A stretch of 45,707 nucleotides of DNA, taken from assembly GCA_947307005.1 (NCBI GenBank), contig CAMZHY010000001.1:1-45707 (forward strand), written 5' to 3'. Positions within the stretch are counted from its first letter, which is position 1, and each line of letters opens with the position of its first letter. This document shows positions 9,639-18,738 of the stretch, piece after piece. The translations under genes were made by a program, and so were the position numbers. A model generated the notes under the pieces. The model ran no database searches. It saw nothing but the letters and a program-made list of their open reading frames with translations, and was not told the origin of the DNA. Source of the DNA: an uncultured Planctomycetaceae bacterium (GTDB taxonomy: Bacteria > Planctomycetota > Planctomycetia > Pirellulales > Thermoguttaceae).

Positions 9639-11123
9639 GTGCCTTACCTGACTTTACTTAAACTGACGAGCGATCGGCGAAGACGACGTAAAACGCCGCC
9701 CTTAGCGCTATCTGACGTTTTCAAACTTTTATCGTTTCAGGAAGATTAAAAGCTTCCCAAAAAAATCTCTAACGCCATAGCTTTTCGGGACGACTGTCAA
9801 ACTTTGTCCGGTCTCTATCAACTCAATTCTCGGGAAAAATCCATCTTTCCCCAAAGGCGAAACAACCGTCAAGAGTATAATCAAAGGTCCGTTTTAAGAA
9901 AAGAGCGGTTTTAATCGGATTTAACTATTGATATGTTAAAATTTTATAGTTAGCGAAAAAAGGTTGTTTATATATTTTACAACAACATAAATACAATAGT
10001 AATAATAGGCGCTTATTATTGGCATGATTCTTGTAGAAGAATTTTAAACAAGCGAGTTTAAAGAAAAAATAACACCAAAATAAATATATTATTAAAAAAT
10101 TTCTAATAAAATACTTTACATAATATATTAAATATAAATAAACAATAGTGGATTTGTAAAAAAATATCGTCGCACAGAAATTTTTATTTTTTCTGAAAAA
10201 ATATCGTCCATCGCGTAAGAGAACCCACAATCTCCTCCTTCGTGTTCGGAGAACTACATTTTCCACTCCGATAAAACGAGGCTTCATCGATCTGATAAAA
10301 CTCTCCTATCTTACTGGACGGCATTCAGTTTGAACAGTTCAATCCAGCTGTAAATCTTCGCGCGTATTAACGCTCGGCTAATTTGAGCGCTTTCAATCAG
10401 ATCGGTTGCTTCTGTTAAGATCAGACGATGTTAAAAAGGCTGACAAAACAACTTAAACATCTATCGGAATTACTAACTATTTATCAAAATTCAAATCTTG
10501 AATTCGAGCGCGTTAAGAACAATTCTACTAATAGAAGTATAGTAATTTTCGTATGTTAAGTTATTATAACGACAATCCGAACGTTTTAAACAAAGCGTCT
10601 TCCAAATGTCTATATAGATTATAACTTCCGATCCATTCGCACATTACTATGTTTTGGATTCAAAACGCCGCCCAGCGTCTCCATCGCTGACTATCGCGAC
10701 AAGATCAATTCTAAAACGCCGCGAGGAATTATTCAATTTCGATAATCAATATTATTACTCGGGCCGTTACGAACGACCGCGCTCATCATTGTCATTCCGA
10801 CGAGCATCGCTCGCGCGACGTCGTGAAAGCTTCTAGAGAAAACAACCTTACATGGGCATTACTATGAGGAGCAACAATTCAAAAGCGCCGCGTCTCAACG
10901 TCGACATGCGATTTCCCTGCGTTATTCGCCGCAAAGACAGAATAGGTCGCCCTAAATTAAGAAATAACGTCGCAAAAACAGGAAAGAGGCCGTCAATTCG
11001 CGCAAAACAAACAAAGACAGAGCAGACGGCTATGAAGTCAGCTAAACGTAGACCGCTTAACTTAAAACCACTTGAAACTCAAGACGTCGATCAGAGAAAG
11101 GGAATTCTTCGTCTTGACGTCGC

Positions 11124-11155
11124 AATAAAAAACGCGAATGAGCCGACCCGCTCAT
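11124..11155 (-). terminator. Putative terminator downstream of the GY-rich protein gene
   Basis: On the minus strand, stem atgagc/gctcat with a 6-nt loop is followed by tcgcgttttttatt. Confidence 0.4.
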
Positions 11156-11269
11156 ACAAAAGGAAAGAACGAAGAGAGGAACATCGCTTGCGAATATTCC
11201 TCTCAACGTCCATTTTCCTGTTGGCTCGAGTCTGAGCTCAGTCCCGTTCGGCTGAGGAGCGAAGGAGAC

Positions 11270-11881
11270 TCATTCGGCATGCTTACTGGCGGTAGCCAGC
11301 GGAATCGCGATAGCGCATGCGATAGCGGCGCCGATCAAAGCGAAACTTCCAATGGACATGCCGCCCAAAGCGCCGCCGCCAAATCCGCCGCCGTATCCGC
11401 CGCCATAACCCGCGGCGTCGTAGGACGGAATCGAACCGGGAACGTCAGCCGGATAAGTCGGCGTTCCATAGTTCTGAGTGGGAACGCCACGAGCGGGGGC
11501 AACGTTCTGGGCGTTCGGATTGTAGACCTGAAGTCCATCGCGGTCGAGGACGAGGTCGACGGAACCGTTATTATTTCCATCGGCGTCTTGCGCGAAAACT
11601 TCAGTCGTGATAGAGCCAAAATAACCGGTCGAGGGCTGCTCGGCCGAAACGAAATAAGTTCCAGGCTCGAGTTCGCTAATCGTCACGCCTTCGCCTTCAG
11701 CGGCGCTGACCGTATCTTCGGCAACCTTATTGCCGTTAAGATCCATGACGGTATAGTGAATATCCTGAGACGGAGCGACGCCGTCCGAGGTACGAGAGAG
11801 GAAACGAACCTGATTCGCCTGAGCGACGGCGATGAACGCCAGAACTGCAACGCAGACGATCGCGCCAATAATCTTTTTCAT
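11270..11881 (-). CDS. Exported protein with carboxypeptidase-regulatory-like beta domain, GYGGGYGGGFGGG tract and C-terminal hydrophobic anchor
   Basis: Signal peptide MKKIIGAIVCVAVLAFIAVAQA, an LEPGTYFVSAE motif, and a C-terminal G/Y tract followed by the helix SIGSFALIGAAIACAIAIPLA. The overlapping + strand 283-aa ORF is R/S-rich and judged a shadow. Confidence 0.75.
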   Translation of the reverse strand: MKKIIGAIVCVAVLAFIAVAQANQVRFLSRTSDGVAPSQDIHYTVMDLNGNKVAEDTVSAAEGEGVTISELEPGTYFVSAEQPSTGYFGSITTEVFAQDADGNNNGSVDLVLDRDGLQVYNPNAQNVAPARGVPTQNYGTPTYPADVPGSIPSYDAAGYGGGYGGGFGGGALGGMSIGSFALIGAAIACAIAIPLATASKHAE

Positions 11882-12275
11882 GGTTTCACCAATCCTTCAA
11901 AATTCCTATGCGTTATACGCTATTTAGCCGAACAAGTACGCAGGAAAGTACTCCCACCCACTTTTCGACCTATTTTAACTAGGGACTAATAAAAATCAAC
12001 ACGGTAAACGACTTTTTTTCTTAATTTCTCTAAAAAATCGGTATGTTTGGTTTTACTAATCAATAAACGCTATATATTGTGTAAATTAACAAAATAAATT
12101 AACTCAAAAGTCAAAACAACCTTTCGAATTCTAGCCGAGTAGTTAAATCATACCGTAACGATCTTTGATTCACCTCCCCCTTAAAGGATCAAGATCACTA
12201 TGTAAGAATTTATTTTCCATAAACTTATAAAACAAAACAATCGATAGCCTTCAAATTGACAAAATAAAGCCGCCG

Positions 12276-12884
12276 CTACCTATCGTCGCTCTTTCTTAAC
12301 GCTCTCTTCAACCTTTCAACGACATAAGACAACTCGTTCGCAACAGGCGATTCCCTTCGCTTTAAGACGTCTAAAACGGAATCGTAAAACCACGCCTGCG
12401 AATCGGGACCCGCTTTAAATTTTGATAGAATATCGTCTTCGTTAAAAAGCGTGAAACTCCTAAGGAGCGACGTCGCGTTGTCAAGCTTGTCGCACGCGCT
12501 CACAAGAAGCGCGCCTGGATCGCAACGTTCCATTCTCGCAAGGTACTTCTCTTTACGTTCGCGCCACGGAGCCTTACGGGTCGCGTCGGACGCGGTCGAA
12601 TCGGAAACGTCTAAAACAATGGCGGCGACCGCGTCGCCAAATTCTTCGCGAACGCGTTCTAACGCGGCCATCCCCCCGCAATCCTCGACAACGTCGTGAA
12701 GAAGCGCCGCAATCGCCACGTTCTCCGAGGCTCCGTAATCGAGCGTCAATCCCGAAACGCGCAAAAGATGCGAGAGATACGGAACGTCGCCGTTTTTTCT
12801 TTTTTGTTCGCGATGCGCGTCCGACGCAAATTTTAACGCCGCGTCGTAACGATCGGTCAAAGTCCCGGCTCCAAATCGTTCCAT
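12276..12884 (-). CDS. HD-domain (p)ppGpp-hydrolase-like protein (RelA/SpoT hydrolase-domain-only, small alarmone hydrolase type)
   Basis: FASDAHREQKRKNGDVPYLSHLLRV...AALLHDVVEDCG is the RelA/SpoT HD signature. There is no synthetase domain. Confidence 0.85.
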   Translation of the reverse strand: MERFGAGTLTDRYDAALKFASDAHREQKRKNGDVPYLSHLLRVSGLTLDYGASENVAIAALLHDVVEDCGGMAALERVREEFGDAVAAIVLDVSDSTASDATRKAPWRERKEKYLARMERCDPGALLVSACDKLDNATSLLRSFTLFNEDDILSKFKAGPDSQAWFYDSVLDVLKRRESPVANELSYVVERLKRALRKSDDR

Positions 12885-12916
12885 CCCCTCGTCTCCCCTA
12901 ACGCTTCAACTGTAAT

Positions 12917-14662
12917 TCAACGGTTGCGCGACGACTTTTCAAATTTATCTCGAACCTCAAGTCCGTCGAATTCAACCGCGCCTATTCCGTCAAGCAATCC
13001 GATCGTCAACGTCGCCTCTCTAGCGCGAGCCGGAACGGAAACGTCGGTCGAGAATTCTTCCCACGCGCATGGTTCCAACGCGGATTCAACGACGGACGTC
13101 GCGCCGAGGGATTTGCGCCCCCGATCAAAAAACTCGATTCTTACAAGTTCCGCGGTTGTTTTTTCTACTCGAGACCTCAACGACGCGACTCGATACGCGC
13201 CGGAAACGACAAGCTTTCTCACCGCCGATCCGTCGACGGCAAAGCTCTGGCTCATTTGGCTGCGAAGCTCGCGTTCCCGTTGGTTGCGTTTAACCGCTTC
13301 GCTCGCCTCCGTGATCTCCACGCGCTCTTCTGGAAGCGTCGCCGCTCGAATTCGTTCTTCGTTTCGATCTTTTTTTTCATGATTGAGCGCAATCGTTTCA
13401 TTTACAAAACGGCATGCTTTCGACCCTTCATAGGAATCGCCGCTATCCGCAACATTGAAATTCCAAGCGTCATACCATCCGATTGGAGTCGCGGAAAACG
13501 CGTTGTTTTCCTTCTTTTCCGTCGCGTCTTCTTGCCCTGTTTCGTCGAAATTATCGCGCGACGGCTCGGGATCAAGTTCTTCAAAACCGCCGCCGACAAG
13601 CGTCGGCGCCGTTAAATCGCGATCTGAAAAATCCTCCGTTAGTGGTCCGACTCGCGTCGGAAGAAGAACGCTTTCCTCGAGCGTTCCATTCTTCTTCTTT
13701 CCGAGAACCCAGAGCTGACGAAAACGATCCCCGACTGGCGCGACGATAAGTCCTCCCTCGGCAAGCTGATCGACCAACGACGAAGGAATCGATTCTACTG
13801 CGCGCGTTACGAGGATTTTATTAAAAGGCGCCGAGTCTGATCGCCCCTCAAGGGGATCGCCCGTCTGAAAATCAACATTGGCGTAGCGCAATTTTTTACA
13901 CGCGTCAGACGCGTGTTTTACGGCGTCTCGATTCGCGCCGACCGCGTAAACTTCGGCTGCGAGTCCGCTTAAAATCGCAGCCGAATAACCGCCGCCCGCT
14001 TCGACGACTAAAACGCGATCGGATTCTTGAGGATTAAGCGCCTCGATCGAAAAGGCGACGTCAAAAGGACGGGGTTCTTGTCCCTCTCCGTCAAGCGAAA
14101 CTTCTACGTCGACATACGCTAGATCGCGTTGTTTTTTAGGAATGAACTCAACCCGTGGAATCCGCGTAAAAACGCGCAAAACGCGAATGTTAGAGAGTTT
14201 CTTTGTCGGAATTAACGATTCGACGGTCAGTAAGGTCGCTCCTTGAACCTTAGAATAGCGTTTTTCCCATTCTTCCGGAGTTAACGGCGCGAAAGACGCG
14301 TTTTTTCGAACGCCATTGTCCTTCGAAGATTTTTTACCGGGCGTTTTAACGTCCTGCTTCTCTTCAGACGACGCGACGTTCTCCTTTGATTTTTGAGAAG
14401 ACGGAGTTTTACGGACGTCGCGTCCATTCTTAGACGTTTTACTCTCTAACGTTCCGTTAGAATTCGAGTTTTGCGCCTTCATTGCGGAGTCTTCTTCCGA
14501 AGATAGGGAAGACTTCGGAAGAAGAGCCTGCGAATCGTCTTGGGGTTCCTGCCGCGCGGCTGGAGAGCGTAATTTAACCTCAACGGCGCCAGAAGAATCA
14601 ACGAAGAAGCCCCAAAAGAAAAGCGCGAAAAAAGTCGCGACGGCGACAATCGTTCGTTTCAC
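12917..14662 (-). CDS. Exported multidomain protein with a protein-L-isoaspartate O-methyltransferase (PCMT)-like domain
   Basis: Signal peptide, an S/K-rich linker, then a PCMT-like core (VLVVEAGGGYSAAILS, GGLIVAPVG). The ~240-aa C-terminal domain ends in a jelly-roll-like pattern. Confidence 0.8.
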   Translation of the reverse strand: MKRTIVAVATFFALFFWGFFVDSSGAVEVKLRSPAARQEPQDDSQALLPKSSLSSEEDSAMKAQNSNSNGTLESKTSKNGRDVRKTPSSQKSKENVASSEEKQDVKTPGKKSSKDNGVRKNASFAPLTPEEWEKRYSKVQGATLLTVESLIPTKKLSNIRVLRVFTRIPRVEFIPKKQRDLAYVDVEVSLDGEGQEPRPFDVAFSIEALNPQESDRVLVVEAGGGYSAAILSGLAAEVYAVGANRDAVKHASDACKKLRYANVDFQTGDPLEGRSDSAPFNKILVTRAVESIPSSLVDQLAEGGLIVAPVGDRFRQLWVLGKKKNGTLEESVLLPTRVGPLTEDFSDRDLTAPTLVGGGFEELDPEPSRDNFDETGQEDATEKKENNAFSATPIGWYDAWNFNVADSGDSYEGSKACRFVNETIALNHEKKDRNEERIRAATLPEERVEITEASEAVKRNQRERELRSQMSQSFAVDGSAVRKLVVSGAYRVASLRSRVEKTTAELVRIEFFDRGRKSLGATSVVESALEPCAWEEFSTDVSVPARAREATLTIGLLDGIGAVEFDGLEVRDKFEKSSRNR

Positions 14663-14688
14663 GATTCCTCCGAACTGAAAAAGGCGCG

Positions 14689-15648
14689 TTACGCGGTGAC
14701 GCCTCGCGTTAGCGTCATAAACGCAGTTTCAAGGTTTATCTCTTCCTCGCGGAAAGACTTTACGCGAAATCTTCGTTCGATAAGTCGCGTTAAAAGCGCG
14801 GAATAGTCGTCTAATCCCAGTCCCTTCTTGATAAAAACGCGAATCGCGCCCGATCGATCAAGTTCTACGTTGTCGACGACGACGTCGTCGGAGAGGAATT
14901 TCATACATTCCTCGGTCTTCTTCTTATTCGTCTCGGGATCAGACTCGGCAAGCTCGACAAGAACGGCGATTTGATCGCGCACGCGACGCATAACGTCTTC
15001 AACTTTTGCGTCCACGAGCAACTCGCCGCGCTCAATAATGCCAACTTTATTGCAGACGTCGGCCAGTTCGGGGAGAATATGGCTGGAAACCATAATGGTT
15101 TTCCCCTTGCCTCCGAGTCGCTTTAAAAGTTCTCGAATCTCGATTCGCGCGCGAGGATCGAGTCCGCTTGCCGGCTCGTCTAGGAGAAGCACCTGCGGGT
15201 CGTGAAGGAGAACCCTCGCAAGTCCGAGACGTTGCGTCATGCCGCGACTAAGACTGGTGACGAGAGCTTCCCGTTTGTATCCAAGGTCGACTAGTTCGAG
15301 GACCTCGTTGCACACGCGTCGGCGCGCTTCGCCGCGAACGCGATACGCGGCGGCAAAAAATTCAAGGTACTCGATAACTTTCATATCGTCGTAAACGCCA
15401 AAGAAATCCGGCATAAAACCAATGATCCGGCGAATTTCTTTCGGGTGGGTATAGATAGACATGCCGCAAACGTACGCTTCGCCCCAAGTCGGCTGCAATA
15501 ACGTCGCCAGCATCTTCATGGTCGTCGTTTTACCGGAACCGTTAGGACCGATAAACCCAAAAAGATCGCCTTCATTAAGTTCAAGCGTAAGATTCTTCAG
15601 CGCGAAGAGCTTGCCGTATTGTTTGGTTAATTCTTCTGTTTTAATCAT
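14689..15648 (-). CDS. ABC transporter ATP-binding protein (ABC-2/GldA-like)
   Basis: Walker A GPNGSGKTT, signature LSRGMTQRL, Walker B LLLDEP, H-loop SSHIL. Confidence 0.92.
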   Translation of the reverse strand: MIKTEELTKQYGKLFALKNLTLELNEGDLFGFIGPNGSGKTTTMKMLATLLQPTWGEAYVCGMSIYTHPKEIRRIIGFMPDFFGVYDDMKVIEYLEFFAAAYRVRGEARRRVCNEVLELVDLGYKREALVTSLSRGMTQRLGLARVLLHDPQVLLLDEPASGLDPRARIEIRELLKRLGGKGKTIMVSSHILPELADVCNKVGIIERGELLVDAKVEDVMRRVRDQIAVLVELAESDPETNKKKTEECMKFLSDDVVVDNVELDRSGAIRVFIKKGLGLDDYSALLTRLIERRFRVKSFREEEINLETAFMTLTRGVTA

Positions 15649-15714
15649 CGGATTATCCGGTTGATCGTATCGATTTTAAACAGACGTAAAGCGTTGCAGA
15701 ACGTCGGATTATTA

Positions 15715-18219
15715 TTATTCGTCGGCGGCGCGCGTTCCTAGCCGTATAGGAAAAATAAGCCTCGTTACGACGGTGCGTTTTGCGGCGACGCGTTCAGACG
15801 AGCCGTCGGAATGGGAGCGCGACAAAGTCGCTTCCGAAGCCGTAAAATCGGGACTTGTACCGTAAAGGCCGTATTTCTCGAGCGTTTCCGCCTTAACGTC
15901 TCGATATTCCTCGCCATTTTGCGCCGCCAGTTTCTTATTCAGTCGCTCAAGCTCGATCGCGTCGAAAGAAAGTCGCGACAAATCCTCAGTGGGGCGGTAT
16001 TTTTCACAATCGGGATCGACGACGACTCCAAAAACGACGGCGCGACCGCAACGTAATAATTCGCTCAAGTCGACTTCTCGTTGCAATCTCTTCTCGATTC
16101 CAAAGTTATCCACGCCGCCGGCAAAATCGTAGAACGTCGCGGAACGTAAAATATAAGGCAGGCGTTCCGAAGCGGAATTATACGTTGTGGAGTCCCACGT
16201 CGCCGCTCGTTCAGAAGGAATTGAACTTCGATGTTCGTTTATAACGCGCATTGGCTCGACGCGAGCCGCGCCGCGATCGATCTTTGTTTCTCCAGGAGGA
16301 AGAACGCCGAGCGCGCACGCGCCGCCCTTGTAGACGATATACGCGGAGTAAATCGGCGCGTCGAAAGGATTGACGATCGTTCCGCGAAGACTCAGCCCGT
16401 CGTCGCTCAGCTCAAGCGGCGCGGGAAGATTAGTCGCCGAGCCAATCCAACTCGCGACAAAACTCTTACTCGAACGGGTCGCCATTGGAACGTCGCGAAT
16501 CGAGTCTCCTTCGAGTCGGTAAGGTTTGTTCCATTGCCTTGGAATAAACGTTTTTTGTTCCGAGCCTCCAAGTCCGGAACCTGATAAAGCGAGAGGAGCC
16601 GCGATCCCCGACGCTCCGTCCGCAAGTTCAAGCCCGGCGATTCTCGGTTTGAATTTTACGTCGTAACGCTCTCCCATCGGAGAATAAACGCCAAACCAAG
16701 AAATATCGCGAACAATCCCGGACGCCATGTCCACGTCGAGTAAATCCAATTGATTAAACGTTTCCTCTTTTGGAGTCCTCGTTTTAAAAATCGCGACGGC
16801 TATTACGCTGAAAAGAACGACGAAAATCGGAAACGTCGTCCAGGTGATCATCGGTCGCTTAAAAACCTTCTTCGCGAGAAACCAATCGACGGGCGCAATA
16901 ACGACGACGTACGCAAGAAGAAGAACGCCGACAAGCGCGAAGGGAACGGGACGAACGGAGTCAAATCGATCAAGCGCGCTGCGAATCTGCCCCGAATAAT
17001 CGACATAGCCGCGCCGAACGGAGTTAGAAGCTCCGGTTTTTAACACGGGCGCGTCAGGATCAATCCCCAAAATTTTGAGCATAAGGCGACCGCGTCCGGA
17101 CCAGTTGGCGATTGGCGCTTCGGCGAGATCCGCGGCAAAGAAAACGACGGAACCTAATCCGACTGCGCGCGTTACGAGAATCGGCGTTTCCGCTTCCCGC
17201 ATTTCAACGATCGCGTCGCTTTTTAACTCCGAAAGAACCGGCGTTTGGAGAAACGGGTTTGACCGAGATCCGGTCATCGCGAGATTCTTAACGTTTTGCA
17301 ACTCGCTAGACAACGCGTTGACAACGCGAAATTCATGCGTCTTCGGTTCGACGGTCGCGCCGGGACTCAACTCCGAAAACGCGCCGTCGCGTAGAAGGTC
17401 TATCGAGTTTTTACCGGCAAAAAGAACAACCCGTCCGCCGTTTTCCACCCATCGATAAATGGCGGCGAATTGACTCGAACGAGCGTCGTATCCATCGTAA
17501 AGAGAAACGTCGGTCGTTGTAAGGAAGATGCGATCGATCGCTTCAAGAGAACGAAAATCAGTCGGAAATTGTTCAATCGTCTTGATAGAAACAATTTCCG
17601 GGCGCCTCTCGTCTTTAAGACGCAACTCCGCAAAGGCCTCGGAAAATCCAGCTTTTACGTCGCCGACGACTAAATAAATCGGTTTAGAGGGATTGGCGGG
17701 AGAGCCAAAAACAACGTTTTCGCCGTCGTTGCGTCGCGCGCCCGGTTCAAAAACTTGTTCGTCGACAATCTCTTCTCCAACGATAAGACGAACCGTTAGT
17801 TTCTCCGACGCTTTGGGAAGGATAAATCCGACTTCAGCGCGACCTGCCGCCGTCTCTTCCGGCGTAGTCTTACGACGCGACGAAAAAGGAACGCCGTCGC
17901 TGTCTCGCGTTTCCAACTCAATCGTGGGAGACGTCTCCGCCGCGTTGAAAAAAACAACGATCCGCGTCTGAAATCCATTCTTATATATTCCGCCGATTCC
18001 AACGTTTAGGCCGGAAATTCTCCCCTTCTCTCCAAAATCGCGCCCAGTCGGCGCGTCTACAGCGACGTCTAGATCGCGCGGTTCGACAATGTCCGCAAAA
18101 CTTAGCGCGCCAAGTAAGACGACGTTAATCGTAAGAAGAAGCGTTAAAAATAACGCTCGCAGCATTAATCGTCGTTTATTTCGACTTAGAATCATATTCC
18201 TAACTTCCCGATCGTACAA
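15715..18219 (-). CDS. Large membrane protein of unknown function (N-terminal anchor, two central TM helices)
   Basis: 834-aa ORF with the likely ATG start at 18195 (MILSRNKRR). It has a hydrophobic N-terminus and central helices LVGVLLLAYVVVIAPV and TTFPIFVVLFSVIAVAIF. No domain was recognised with confidence. Confidence 0.8.
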   Translation of the reverse strand: MYDREVRNMILSRNKRRLMLRALFLTLLLTINVVLLGALSFADIVEPRDLDVAVDAPTGRDFGEKGRISGLNVGIGGIYKNGFQTRIVVFFNAAETSPTIELETRDSDGVPFSSRRKTTPEETAAGRAEVGFILPKASEKLTVRLIVGEEIVDEQVFEPGARRNDGENVVFGSPANPSKPIYLVVGDVKAGFSEAFAELRLKDERRPEIVSIKTIEQFPTDFRSLEAIDRIFLTTTDVSLYDGYDARSSQFAAIYRWVENGGRVVLFAGKNSIDLLRDGAFSELSPGATVEPKTHEFRVVNALSSELQNVKNLAMTGSRSNPFLQTPVLSELKSDAIVEMREAETPILVTRAVGLGSVVFFAADLAEAPIANWSGRGRLMLKILGIDPDAPVLKTGASNSVRRGYVDYSGQIRSALDRFDSVRPVPFALVGVLLLAYVVVIAPVDWFLAKKVFKRPMITWTTFPIFVVLFSVIAVAIFKTRTPKEETFNQLDLLDVDMASGIVRDISWFGVYSPMGERYDVKFKPRIAGLELADGASGIAAPLALSGSGLGGSEQKTFIPRQWNKPYRLEGDSIRDVPMATRSSKSFVASWIGSATNLPAPLELSDDGLSLRGTIVNPFDAPIYSAYIVYKGGACALGVLPPGETKIDRGAARVEPMRVINEHRSSIPSERAATWDSTTYNSASERLPYILRSATFYDFAGGVDNFGIEKRLQREVDLSELLRCGRAVVFGVVVDPDCEKYRPTEDLSRLSFDAIELERLNKKLAAQNGEEYRDVKAETLEKYGLYGTSPDFTASEATLSRSHSDGSSERVAAKRTVVTRLIFPIRLGTRAADE

Positions 18220-18261
18220 TCTTCCAACGACGCCATGAGTTAAGTCAGCCGCCGCGCAATG

Positions 18262-18630
18262 TCAGGGTTTTTCGGAATCTGGACATTCGCAAACAAGTTT
18301 TCCGCATCCAGGACAGCCGGCGCCGTATTTGTCGATTAACGCTTTGTTAAGATCGACTCCCACCACGTTGGCAATCGTCGTAAGCCATGCGATAACGTCG
18401 GCAAATTCCCCTTCTTGTTCCTCTTTTGTTCCGCTGCGAAGCGCCGTCGAGAGTTCGCCCACTTCCTCGATCAGCCACATAAAGGTGCCGGCGACTCCGC
18501 GTTCAGCGTCCTTTTCGGAGTACATTTCACGAATAAGCGCCTGAAAATCAGGAATGGAAAGCTCTGGATTATTCTGTTCGTTATCCATGTCGAACCTCTG
18601 GATTGCGTCTTTGACCAAGGACGTTCGCAA
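18262..18630 (-). CDS. MazG-like nucleoside triphosphate pyrophosphohydrolase (small, single domain)
   Basis: The EEVGELSTAL...EFADVIAWL pattern is typical of MazG-type all-alpha NTP-PPases. There is a C-terminal CPGCG..CEC tail. Confidence 0.85.
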   Translation of the reverse strand: MRTSLVKDAIQRFDMDNEQNNPELSIPDFQALIREMYSEKDAERGVAGTFMWLIEEVGELSTALRSGTKEEQEGEFADVIAWLTTIANVVGVDLNKALIDKYGAGCPGCGKLVCECPDSEKP

Positions 18631-18738
18631 AGCGCCTTTCGAAACGAGGAAAAAAAATCGTTTCGCGGCGCGGTTTGATTATAGCCTCGAAGCCCCATTA
18701 ATGCCAGTCCTAAAGTATCCGCAGATTTTACGTCGACG

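Noticed and set aside
10082-10095. The 14-mer AAATATATTATTAA is shared between AT islands (10082-10095 and 21431-21444), suggesting a dispersed element or MITE.
   Set aside because: In ~90% A/T sequence a shared 14-mer is expected by chance. I could not extend the similarity or find terminal inverted repeats or target duplications.
9925-10287. 120-aa ORF inside the AT-rich island, and the basic ORFs at 10654-10836 and 10852-11235.
   Set aside because: The first is a Phe/Tyr/Lys/Ile-rich translation of T-rich DNA. The others are Arg/Lys-rich with no start context or domains. I treat the whole 9.64-11.27 kb interval as non-coding.
11138-11989. 283-aa plus-strand ORF overlapping the GY-rich protein gene.
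   Set aside because: The minus-strand frame has a signal peptide, a folded-domain-like sequence and a C-terminal anchor. The plus-strand frame is an R/S/G-rich low-information sequence.
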